This document shows, in pieces, positions 9,822 through 18,387 of a stretch of DNA of 64,000 nucleotides. The number at the start of each line of letters is the position of its first letter. Positions within the stretch are counted from its first letter, which is position 1. The notes under the pieces are model-generated. The model did not search any database. It saw nothing but the letters and a program-made list of their open reading frames with translations, and was not told the origin of the DNA. Source of the stretch: a virus (Duplodnaviria; Caudoviricetes). The stretch spans positions 384,001 to 448,000 of the IMG/VR virus record IMGVR_UViG_3300009031_000221; one strand, given 5' to 3'. A program made the translations under genes and the position numbers.

Positions 9822-10511
9822 ATGATTACATGCACATATTGCCAAATAGATCACATTGGGCCAGGTAAACTATGTCCTAAATGTGCGGTTGACCGACGAG
9901 ATGCTGCAAAAAGGCATCGGGAAAAGCTAATCCAAGCAGGATTATGTATTCGATGCGGTAAAAACCCGCCCCGACAAGGGCACAAAACATGTATATGTGC
10001 CCCAGAATACATGAAATCACGGTCGGATCGCCTTGCTAAATCTAAGCAATGTGTTGGATGTGCAGCCCCTCTACCCAAAGATGATACGCGGAAATGGTGC
10101 TCTGAATGTAGATCTGATGATGTTGTGCGAAATCAAGAACGCCGAAAGCAGCGCATAACGTCAGGTGTTTGTTTACGCTGTGGAGAAGACAGGCAAGGGA
10201 ACACTGGTTGGTGCCCTAATTGCCGTAGAAAGCTCCGGGATGAGGAACGCAACCTGAAACTTCAAGTTATTGCGGCTTATGGTGGGGCTTGTTCATGTTG
10301 CGGGGAATTGGATCCCAGATTTCTTACAATCGATCATGTGGAAGGGGGAGGATCCAAACATCGTGAGGAAATTAAAGGGAAATTGTATCGTTGGGTGCGG
10401 AACAATAATTTCCCATCCAGCCTTCAAATACTATGTTTCAATTGCAACTGCGGCAGATCCGTCAATGGAGGGGTTTGTCCACACAAGGATCAGCACAAGT
10501 CTTCGATATAG
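9822..10511 (+). mobile_element. HNH endonuclease with N-terminal CxxC repeats, antisense to neighbours
   Basis: CSCCG...LTIDH...LCFNCN; 3' end overlaps the RF 3' end. Confidence 0.85.
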
Positions 10512-11171
10512 CCTTTCATATACCGTGCAGCTGTAGTGCGTTTTCCGGTAACGTGATGGACTACAATATCGTCCTGCATTCGTATGGTGATTGTCTTATC
10601 CCCTCTTGCGCCCCCACCTATCTGACCTTTCCGCACTCCATTAGTTTTATTGTGCCCCTCGGATTTCTGGGATTCTGCTAATCGTGCCCTCAATAGCTGC
10701 ATAGCAGTTACTTTGTTCTGAGTTTGGCTACGCTCTGATTCACACCGGACAAGAGTTCCAGTGGGGATGTGTAACAGCTGAACTGCGGAATCGGTCTTAT
10801 TCACGTGCTGGCCTCCTTTTCCCCCAGCCCGACAATAAGTCCATCGTAGGTCCTTATCCGCTATAGATTGTTCTTTGTCCGAAGGGACAACCAAAATAGC
10901 AACCGTTATCGTAGACGTATGTACCCTGCCCCGCTTCTCCGTAGGAGAAATACGTTGCCATCTATGGCCACCTGGTTCATTCTTGAATAGGTCAGAAGCA
11001 TTTTTCCCGGTCACGCGAATGACGACAATGCCGGGACGATCTTCTACGAGTTCGAGGTCAAAGGAAGTTCCGTTCTGCGTACCGGACATAGATGCCTAGC
11101 TGGTCATAAACCAAACCCTTCGCATCTGCACCACCTTCCCCCGATCTCACTTCAACGATTATAGTTTCCAC
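10490..11171 (-). CDS. Short class I peptide chain release factor (no domain 1), requiring a +1 frameshift at 11061/11060
   Basis: GTG 11171 after AGGGGG gives METIIVEVRSGEGGADAK...YVRYAERNFL, then TGA; the +1 frame continues DLELVED...HRWQRISPTEKRGRVHTS...GGKGGQHVNKTDSAV. Confidence 0.85.
11057..11063 (-). promoter_or_regulatory. Candidate programmed +1 frameshift site CTT TGA C
   Basis: Same heptamer as the bacterial prfB shift site, exactly at the junction of the two RF-homologous frames. Confidence 0.75.
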
Positions 11172-11180
11172 GTTACCCCC

Positions 11181-12131
11181 TTAGATTCCGAGACGCTTGC
11201 ACACCCACCATGCCCAACTCTTGGACATTTTGAAGTGCTTGTTCAGTTGCGATGCTGTCAATCCAGCGGATCGAAGCTGCTTGAATTCTTCCTCCACGGT
11301 ATCAATTTGGCATGATGCTTTATGTTTGATGTTTAGCTTGTATTGGAAACACGGTGGACAAAATGGGCGGATCATTCTTACCAGGTCATTCCGTTGTCCC
11401 ACACGTGCCAAAGTCAAAATGAAGCCCCTTTGATCTGATCTACGATTCACTTTTGGAGTCCACCCATACAAATCATGTAGACGATCACGCAAAAATATGA
11501 CATCGGTCTCATCGAATCCATCCGTATGAAATACCATTCGATAACCGTGGTTGGATGTTGCACCATCACCCCAATACCAGTGGGCTAGGGAGATAGGGTT
11601 AAGGTCTACATCCTTTGGAATGCACTTCACTCCATCTGGGTACCACCGTTTACGTTGCTCTGTAAAGGGTTGGTATTTTCGGGTACGCAACATAACTGTC
11701 CCTTTGCCCTTAACGATGTTTCCATTGATTTGGCTATATCGAGGTTTTCGGATGCTCCGTGTACACTGAATGCCCGCGTTTATGAGTGCCACTTCCACAG
11801 CATCAACCCAACTTTCGTGTACGGGCGTTTGTTCTAGGCATAATCGACCCTCGCTATTTGCACTCAATTCAATCCAAGCATCCCCAAGCAACAAGCCATC
11901 TATAATACTTAGGAGATTCGGATCTATCAGAAATGTCTTATGCCGACCCAGATTTGACGCTTCTGTGGGTGTCCGCAGATCAACCCCCATATTAACCAAC
12001 CTGCGATGTATCGTTGTTCTTCCGACACCAAGTTTTCGACTGATCTCCGCTTCTGAAGATCCCTCGAGGTACATCGCTTGGATGTGATTATCAGGCAGTT
12101 GTTTACTTGGCCTTCCAACAGGATTAGACAT
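11181..12131 (-). mobile_element. LAGLIDADG-family endonuclease with N-terminal HTH
   Basis: IIDGLLLGDAWI and LAHWYWGDG motifs, HTDGF. Confidence 0.85.
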
Positions 12132-12152
12132 GACTTCCCCCCTCAGGCGCCC

Positions 12153-12181
12153 ATATTATCAGGTACTGAGATTCATGTCAA
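12153..12181 (-). promoter_or_regulatory. Sigma70-type promoter
   Basis: TTGACA-N17-TAATAT upstream of the LAGLIDADG ATG, with a GGGGGG RBS. Confidence 0.7.
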
Positions 12182-12224
12182 CACAATTTCAGTGTGCATT
12201 ATTTACGCTAATATGTGTTATTGG

Positions 12225-12542
12225 CTAAAGGTGCTTGTCAAGCAATTCAATGAGGGAAGCCTTGGGCTTTGCCCCAAAGGTCTTCTCCACTTCCTTCCCA
12301 CCCTTGAAGACCAGCAATGCCGGAATCGAGGCTACTCCGTAGGTATGGGTGATTGCTAAATTGTCATCAACATTCAACTTGCACACCTTCACACGCCCGG
12401 CGTATTCATCCGCTAGTTGATCCACAATGGGGGACAACATACGGCATGGGCCACACCAGGGCGCCCAGAAGTCGACTAGGACAGGCAAGGTGGAATTGAG
12501 GACTTCGCTTTCAAAGTTCTCGGATGTAACTACAACACTCAT
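12225..12542 (-). CDS. trxA: Thioredoxin
   Basis: VDFWAPWCGPC. Confidence 0.95.
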   Translation of the reverse strand: MSVVVTSENFESEVLNSTLPVLVDFWAPWCGPCRMLSPIVDQLADEYAGRVKVCKLNVDDNLAITHTYGVASIPALLVFKGGKEVEKTFGAKPKASLIELLDKHL

Positions 12543-12581
12543 GACACTCTCCTAGCACGGTAATTCTAGCACACTACTTCA

Positions 12582-12905
12582 TTAGGGTACAAGCTCTTCC
12601 TCAGTGCAATTTTCTTCCCAACGATCATTCCACTGAACATGCAACTTGATGTCCACCAAGACTCCGGCCACATCCTTATGGTCATACCGATTCAGACGAA
12701 GCATCCCGGAGAACAACCGTGCCATGGCCTGCTCGAGGGGATCCTTGGATTCTGTTGCGAGGACATCCAACTCAGTGATTGCTTCTAGATCGCAATCCTT
12801 GGGCTCCGGATGTTCAAACCAATTCCGGGTTACGGTGAGGGCTACTCGTTCCCGTTCGTGCCGAAAATGATAGTTCGGTGTCGATACCTCTAAAGGAATA
12901 CTCAT
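12582..12905 (-). CDS. Hypothetical protein
   Basis: Coupled to upstream gene; start moved to MSIPLEV. Confidence 0.55.
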   Translation of the reverse strand: MSIPLEVSTPNYHFRHERERVALTVTRNWFEHPEPKDCDLEAITELDVLATESKDPLEQAMARLFSGMLRLNRYDHKDVAGVLVDIKLHVQWNDRWEENCTEEELVP

Positions 12906-12906
12906 G

Positions 12907-13623
12907 TTACTCCGGTTGAACAAAGGGCTTGCACTGCTCCAGGATGGAACGGCATGCCGCCAAGTCAAACTTGTCATCCGCGGTACGAACCCCGGATTCC
13001 ATGTCAATCCAGAACGGGGCGTCTACGGGTCCAATCTCTTTGAGGACTTCTAGGACATTTGCGGGCTTGATTCCGCCAGCATAGCCCATGGTCACGCCCT
13101 GAGGGTTCACAGGCCACTTGAAGGTCTCGATACCACGCCCGCCGGAAGGATCATAGAGAAGGCTGGCCTTTCCGGTATTGAACTGAACGTTGATCAATGC
13201 GGCATCGGTAGCGGCAATTTGCAGTTGGTCTTCCTTACGAACCTGCAAAATGAACTCGAGTGGCCATAGGCGAGCCATGCCAATGAACGCCTTGTCTGCC
13301 GGGGCGTTGTATCCATTGAGTTGGATTCTGTCGAACTCAATCTTGTCTTGTAGCCAATTATCCTTGCCCGCAAGCGTATCCCGTGCTATTTGGCCGCAGA
13401 AGTGTGCTGCCAAACGCATCTGAGGTTTGTTGTTGACAAAGCTCTTGCGCCAAAGATCACGGAGCTTCGCAACCCATTCTGCCGATGGATAACGAGGCGA
13501 GCCTGTCCGTTTCGGGGAGAACAGAATCGCCCACTCGACAAACGGAAACTCCAGGCTCAAGGCCAGGAGATCTTCGGGATTGATGAGGTCATCGGCACCC
13601 GTCAGAGAAACTTTAGTCAACAT
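12907..13623 (-). CDS. Phosphoribosylanthranilate-isomerase-like TIM-barrel protein
   Basis: VSLTGADD, GYAGGIKPANV, WIDMESGVRT...KFDL. Confidence 0.6.
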   Translation of the reverse strand: MLTKVSLTGADDLINPEDLLALSLEFPFVEWAILFSPKRTGSPRYPSAEWVAKLRDLWRKSFVNNKPQMRLAAHFCGQIARDTLAGKDNWLQDKIEFDRIQLNGYNAPADKAFIGMARLWPLEFILQVRKEDQLQIAATDAALINVQFNTGKASLLYDPSGGRGIETFKWPVNPQGVTMGYAGGIKPANVLEVLKEIGPVDAPFWIDMESGVRTADDKFDLAACRSILEQCKPFVQPE

Positions 13624-13628
13624 TGTTG

Positions 13629-14048
13629 TTACCTTGTAATTTGGAGCTTCCTCAGCCCCTTGAGATTTCCACGGCCTCCACAGATCCAAAGGGCTTGCTG
13701 TTCATCCCCGAATCCCAGGAGATAATGATTCCGCACATAGTAGAACGAGTAGCCTGTGTTGCCGTCCTCACTATTAGCCAAGAAACTATCCCCATCGCCC
13801 TTGGTGACTTGCACCATGACAATACCACCCCACAGCGTATCGAGGAATAACCACGTTCCGATCTTGATGCCCTCGATGTCCCGGATGACATGAGCCGGGG
13901 TCATGAGGGACTCGGCTTCCTCTCGCGTGTGTTCCGCAGGAACAAATCCCTCGGGCACAAGGTAGACAGGAGAACCGATATTCTCATATATCTTGAGGCC
14001 GATAACAGGGCGATTCGGATCATCCGGGCCTAGAACAACAGCATCCAT
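13629..14048 (-). CDS. Hypothetical protein
   Basis: ORF between flanking genes. Confidence 0.6.
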   Translation of the reverse strand: MDAVVLGPDDPNRPVIGLKIYENIGSPVYLVPEGFVPAEHTREEAESLMTPAHVIRDIEGIKIGTWLFLDTLWGGIVMVQVTKGDGDSFLANSEDGNTGYSFYYVRNHYLLGFGDEQQALWICGGRGNLKGLRKLQITR

Positions 14049-14060
14049 GATGTGAAACCT

Positions 14061-15056
14061 TTAGTTGACTCGCGAACGGGTCTTGGGGGTAGTGAAACCG
14101 TAGTCAATTGTCTTCGGATCTTCATACCCCAAAGCGGGAGTATTCAGCTTAGCGCCGATGTCATCCCACACAGCCTGATCGGTAGCATCCACACCATTCA
14201 TGGAACCCCGAACCTCAGCCGCCATGACAACATCATCCACACCGTTATCAAATGACGAGGTATCCATCATGAGGGCGGAATCTAGCAGCGTCCCCGCTTC
14301 TGAGGCGCCTGAAGTACGAACCTGCGTGCAGATGGATTCGATATGCTGTGCAATGCCATCCGCCTGTGAACCCGCCAAGGCAATCCGCTGCTCCATCTTG
14401 GGGATGGAATCTACCTTGGACTTGATGGCACGAAGGCGCTCCCCCATAACGATCTGAGCGGTCTTGTCATCTTTGTTGGATGCAGCCTGTGCCTTTTGCA
14501 GTTTGTTGAATTCGCTCGCCAAGGACTGAGGGGCAAGTTGACGAAGGCTTTCCTTCGTGTTTTGGACCATAGACAGGATGCTGAGCCACCCGTTGATCAT
14601 CTCATCTAGGCGAAGGATTTGGTCATCTGAAATAGCTTCCGGCCGAACGCCCTGAAGCTCCCGCATCTCCGCAACCAACTTTGTCAAGCGGCTGAATGCG
14701 GATACCTGATCCGAATAATCACCGTATGCCCGGTAGTTACTTGCAACATCAGCCCAATTCACCGCACCCTTGACAAACAGATCAAGCGGGGAATCGATTC
14801 CCGGCTTGTCAATCTTCCACAAGGACTTGAGGTAGTACCAACGTTGCCGTTCGATACGTGCCGCCCGCCCAGATGCGGTCAAGGACTGTTGGACGCCCGG
14901 CATGCTAGGCAGGACGTATAGCGCCATACCTTCTAGCAGAAGGCCCAATCCAAAGGCCTCCCACCCGAAGGCGAGACCGCTAATCCCAATCCCCGCCAAG
15001 GAAACCAGGTTCATCCAGTGAGTGAATAGCGCAGATGTGTAATTGGTCTTGTTCAT
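14061..15056 (-). CDS. Membrane-anchored coiled-coil protein, probably from a leaderless mRNA
   Basis: Two N-terminal TM helices, long helical region; ATG directly after promoter 15062-15088. Confidence 0.75.
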   Translation of the reverse strand: MNKTNYTSALFTHWMNLVSLAGIGISGLAFGWEAFGLGLLLEGMALYVLPSMPGVQQSLTASGRAARIERQRWYYLKSLWKIDKPGIDSPLDLFVKGAVNWADVASNYRAYGDYSDQVSAFSRLTKLVAEMRELQGVRPEAISDDQILRLDEMINGWLSILSMVQNTKESLRQLAPQSLASEFNKLQKAQAASNKDDKTAQIVMGERLRAIKSKVDSIPKMEQRIALAGSQADGIAQHIESICTQVRTSGASEAGTLLDSALMMDTSSFDNGVDDVVMAAEVRGSMNGVDATDQAVWDDIGAKLNTPALGYEDPKTIDYGFTTPKTRSRVN

Positions 15057-15061
15057 GTCAT

Positions 15062-15088
15062 ACCTACGCGAATAAGGGTAGAAGTAAG
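15062..15088 (-). promoter_or_regulatory. Conserved promoter motif (variant)
   Basis: CTTACTT-N12-GCGTAGGT. Confidence 0.75.
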
Positions 15089-15092
15089 TCCG

Positions 15093-16049
15093 CTAGACGC
15101 TAACCCGAATGTTGCCTGCGCCCTTATTTCCATTGGCCTCACGAATCGTCTGAAGGATGCTAGCCTCCAGTTGTGCATGCTCTGGAGAAGCCGCCCATTC
15201 CGCCGTTCGTTGCTCCTGTGGGGGCAGATGAATGTCCGAGAGAATGGTTGCAGGGCGGGTAGACAACACAATGATACGATCCGCCAAGTCCAAAGCCTCA
15301 CCCACATCATGTGTCACGAACAGGATGAGGCATTGGTATTGCTTCTTCAACGCCTTGACCAAGTTCCGCATTTCGATGCGGATTGACGGGTCAAGGGCGG
15401 AGAATGGTTCATCCATGCACACGATCTCTGGGCGGACTACCAACGATGCCGCCAAAGCCGCACGTTGCTTCATACCCCCAGACAACTGCCGTGGAAACTT
15501 GTGCAAGGCATCCCCCAGGCCGACAGCCTCGAGGATTGCGATAGCCTTCTCCTCTACTTCCCGATGGGGCGCCGAACATGGAATCTTGCCACGCAATGCC
15601 GGGATGCGATCCGCCACGGACTTCAGCATGTCCTGAAGGAATTCCCACGGCCAACGGATGCGGGGACCATAAATCAGGGGTTTGAACATCAGCGTGACGT
15701 TGCCCAGGACGGTAAGCCAACGGACAAGCACCGGGGTTTGGAATACCGTGATGGTTTCATCCCGTGGCCCAGTGACCTCCTCCCCATTGATGAGGCACTG
15801 CCCCGCCGTGGGCATGTGCGTATTGGGAGGATACATGCCCGAAACCATGCGGAGGATCGTGGATTTGCCGCAACCCGAAGGCCCCAGGATTGCGATGGTT
15901 TCGCACCCTTCCGTCTTGAACGTAATGTTCTTGACGACTTCCTTCAGTCCTTCATCATCCTCAAATGACTGGCAGCACCCCTTGAATTCCACCGTCAAAG
16001 TGGGCTTGGCAACTGCCGCAGCGCCAACACCGTCTACTGATGCAATCAT
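15093..16049 (-). CDS. ABC transporter ATP-binding protein (NitT/TauT type)
   Basis: GPSGCGKST, LSGGMKQR, VCMDEPF, FVTHD. Confidence 0.95.
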   Translation of the reverse strand: MIASVDGVGAAAVAKPTLTVEFKGCCQSFEDDEGLKEVVKNITFKTEGCETIAILGPSGCGKSTILRMVSGMYPPNTHMPTAGQCLINGEEVTGPRDETITVFQTPVLVRWLTVLGNVTLMFKPLIYGPRIRWPWEFLQDMLKSVADRIPALRGKIPCSAPHREVEEKAIAILEAVGLGDALHKFPRQLSGGMKQRAALAASLVVRPEIVCMDEPFSALDPSIRIEMRNLVKALKKQYQCLILFVTHDVGEALDLADRIIVLSTRPATILSDIHLPPQEQRTAEWAASPEHAQLEASILQTIREANGNKGAGNIRVSV

Positions 16050-16051
16050 GG

Positions 16052-16933
16052 TTATTCTCCTTCGGGGCTAAGCAAGTGGTGCTTCTGGCACAATTTGAAT
16101 CCGTAAATGGTCACGACACCAAGGATGATGACCTGAATGATGCCTGCGTAGATTCGTGGGCCGTTCTGCACACGGCAAGCGCCCGCAATGATGGCCCCTA
16201 GACCATTGGTGACATTGACGGTTTCCGCCGCCACAATGTATGTCACCGCAATGCCCGCACAGATGCCGACACCCTCAAAGATTCTAGGGGCTGCAGCAGG
16301 GATGACAAAGTAGAACAGGGCACTGAGCCGCCGGAACCCTGCATCAACCGCACGATCCTTGATCGCGGGGTCAACATTCCGAACAGCGTCGAATGTCGTC
16401 GGGATGATGTAGACCAGCGTGCCCAATGTCAAGAAGTTGACCTTTAGAGCCTCTGAAATGCCCCATACCAACATGAACAACGGCAGGAATGCCGTGATTG
16501 GCGCATTCCGCATCGGAGGAATCAGGAAGGCGAAGAAGGCTTCGATTGTACCAAATGCTCCCATGAGGATTCCCAGAGGGATCCCAATGAGGCATGCCCG
16601 TAGCACGGCACTCGCGATCCGGCTGACCGATGCCATCGTGCCTTGGACGCCACTGGAATACTTGAAGGACTCCCAACCCCAAGCCGGATTGATTGGCCGA
16701 AGCTGCCCGGTGACTGCATCCGGGATCCTGGCAGGGGCATCGTGAAACATCTCAATGTATGCGACTGCCGTAGGCCCCGGGCCGGGGAGGAAGTTGGGGT
16801 TGACGATCTTCGCATCCGTGAACATCGACCATGCCATGATGAAGGTCACCAAGCCTGCGATGGGCAGGACGTACTTGGCAGTTCCCGTGGCAGGAGTGCA
16901 AATAGGGTGTGCATGCTGGTGGTTACTGCTCAT
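16052..16933 (-). CDS. ABC transporter permease (NitT/TauT type)
   Basis: TM segments, GIPLGILMG, EAA-like loop DRAVDAG. Confidence 0.9.
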   Translation of the reverse strand: MSSNHQHAHPICTPATGTAKYVLPIAGLVTFIMAWSMFTDAKIVNPNFLPGPGPTAVAYIEMFHDAPARIPDAVTGQLRPINPAWGWESFKYSSGVQGTMASVSRIASAVLRACLIGIPLGILMGAFGTIEAFFAFLIPPMRNAPITAFLPLFMLVWGISEALKVNFLTLGTLVYIIPTTFDAVRNVDPAIKDRAVDAGFRRLSALFYFVIPAAAPRIFEGVGICAGIAVTYIVAAETVNVTNGLGAIIAGACRVQNGPRIYAGIIQVIILGVVTIYGFKLCQKHHLLSPEGE

Positions 16934-17207
16934 TGGCCCCTCTCTGTGCGTAGTAGGTGTCCATTTGTTCCCGGTTCGCCCGCACGGATGGATTGGCCTG
17001 GATGTAATCAACAAGCCCGTCAATCGTGTCCGTCTCAACCATCAGGCCATAGGGTGCGAAGGTCATGTATCGCATGTCCGCCCGCAACCCTGCACCACTG
17101 CGGGATACATAGGAACGGGGGTCACGGATCCCTTCGGGGACAACCAAGGCGAAGTACGACCCGCCCTCATCCCACAACACCCACACAGATTTGAGTTTAT
17201 CAGTCAT
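16923..17207 (-). CDS. Hypothetical protein
   Basis: Overlaps permease start; operon-like packing. Confidence 0.6.
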   Translation of the reverse strand: MTDKLKSVWVLWDEGGSYFALVVPEGIRDPRSYVSRSGAGLRADMRYMTFAPYGLMVETDTIDGLVDYIQANPSVRANREQMDTYYAQRGANEQ

Positions 17208-17209
17208 GT

Positions 17210-18310
17210 TTATGCCTTCCTACGCTTGACAGCAAATCCCATGGTGGGGGTGACGAAACTATCGACCTTCGTGATAGCGAGGATGCCGCCAATGAATTCC
17301 ATGGGCATCTCGCCACCGAGGTACTCCCAGGTGAAATTTACGCGGCTGAGGTGGCTGGGGACGGCAGTGCAGTCATAACCGCTGTACCGGGTAAGCCCCT
17401 TCTCCCAATCGTAGAGCTTAGCATCCTTGGGGATGAACTTGTTGTCATCCTTCAAGGTGTAGTTCAGGAAGGCGGTAATCCATCCCGTCATGTCATCCGT
17501 GCCCGAACCCGACAGGTGCTTGTAGATGGATGACCAGAAATCATTGTCAAACGGAGCCCCATTCGCCTGTGCCGCGATCGTGTAGAGGACCGGAATCAGG
17601 TGATTGAAGTATTCTCCCAGGTGCTTCGGGAACATAGGCGCCAAGGCGATGCACGAATTCAACAGCTTGACGTAATCCTCCGGCTGGCCCAGCAAACGAA
17701 TCCGAGGAATGCCGCAACAGGTCATCACCCGGTAATCGTAGTAGGGGCTAGCCGCATCCATGAACGCCACCATCGATGCCGCACGACTCACGGGGGTATG
17801 CGTGCTGAAGGATGGGAGGGCGTTCGTCAACACGGTAGACGGCACAAGCTTGCCCATCTCCGTCTCAAACATCGGCAGCACGTCCAACCATGCGGTATCG
17901 GAATGTCCGGGCACAAGGCCGTCATGACGAACCCGAATGATTTCCTTCTCCGCCGAGGTGGTGAACAAATCCCGGTATTCATCCGGGTTTTGCTTGACCG
18001 TGACAGCAACCTCATGAAGCACGAGGTACATCAGCACTTCGGGGGACAATGCCAAGGGGTAGTGATTCGCGAAGCACGCATGAACTGCATGGAAGAACAA
18101 ACTGCCCTTGTTGTTGTGGTGCATTTCCAGGGTGTTCAACGGCATCCGGCATTCAACCAACCCCGAACCCGTAATGGCATTCAGGAAATGGTCTACTGGG
18201 ATCATCTTACTGGGGGCGGCGTTCTCCTTGACCTTCTTACGGCTATAGGAGTCATGAATGGTAACGTCAAAATCACAAGGCATGGGGGTCTCCGGTGCGA
18301 ATGGTCGCAT
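17210..18310 (-). CDS. DUF4419-like protein (start may be the MPCDF ATG)
   Basis: ACFANHYPLALSP, CGIPRIRLLG, SGTDDMTGWI. Confidence 0.75.
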   Translation of the reverse strand: MRPFAPETPMPCDFDVTIHDSYSRKKVKENAAPSKMIPVDHFLNAITGSGLVECRMPLNTLEMHHNNKGSLFFHAVHACFANHYPLALSPEVLMYLVLHEVAVTVKQNPDEYRDLFTTSAEKEIIRVRHDGLVPGHSDTAWLDVLPMFETEMGKLVPSTVLTNALPSFSTHTPVSRAASMVAFMDAASPYYDYRVMTCCGIPRIRLLGQPEDYVKLLNSCIALAPMFPKHLGEYFNHLIPVLYTIAAQANGAPFDNDFWSSIYKHLSGSGTDDMTGWITAFLNYTLKDDNKFIPKDAKLYDWEKGLTRYSGYDCTAVPSHLSRVNFTWEYLGGEMPMEFIGGILAITKVDSFVTPTMGFAVKRRKA

Positions 18311-18313
18311 TCA

Positions 18314-18340
18314 ATCTACGCAATGGAAGGGGGAAGTAAG
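18314..18340 (-). promoter_or_regulatory. Conserved promoter motif
   Basis: Exact. Confidence 0.8.
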
Positions 18341-18344
18341 CGCA

Positions 18345-18377
18345 GGATGCCGGGGGAAAACGACTCCCCCGGCATCC
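18345..18377 (-). terminator. 13-bp GC-rich hairpin after the OmpA gene (no U tract)
   Basis: ggatgccggggga-aaacgac-tcccccggcatcc. Confidence 0.5.
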
Positions 18378-18387
18378 CGCTCAGGAA

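Noticed and set aside
9789-10560. Group I intron joining the RF to the 9726-9788 remnant
   Set aside because: The RF already has a complete tail and stop, the interval is almost all antisense HNH, and I found no in-frame U/G splice junction or intron core. RT-PCR would be decisive.
18345-18377. Canonical rho-independent terminator
   Set aside because: Strong stem but no U tract on either strand; listed only as a possible terminator or stabilising hairpin.
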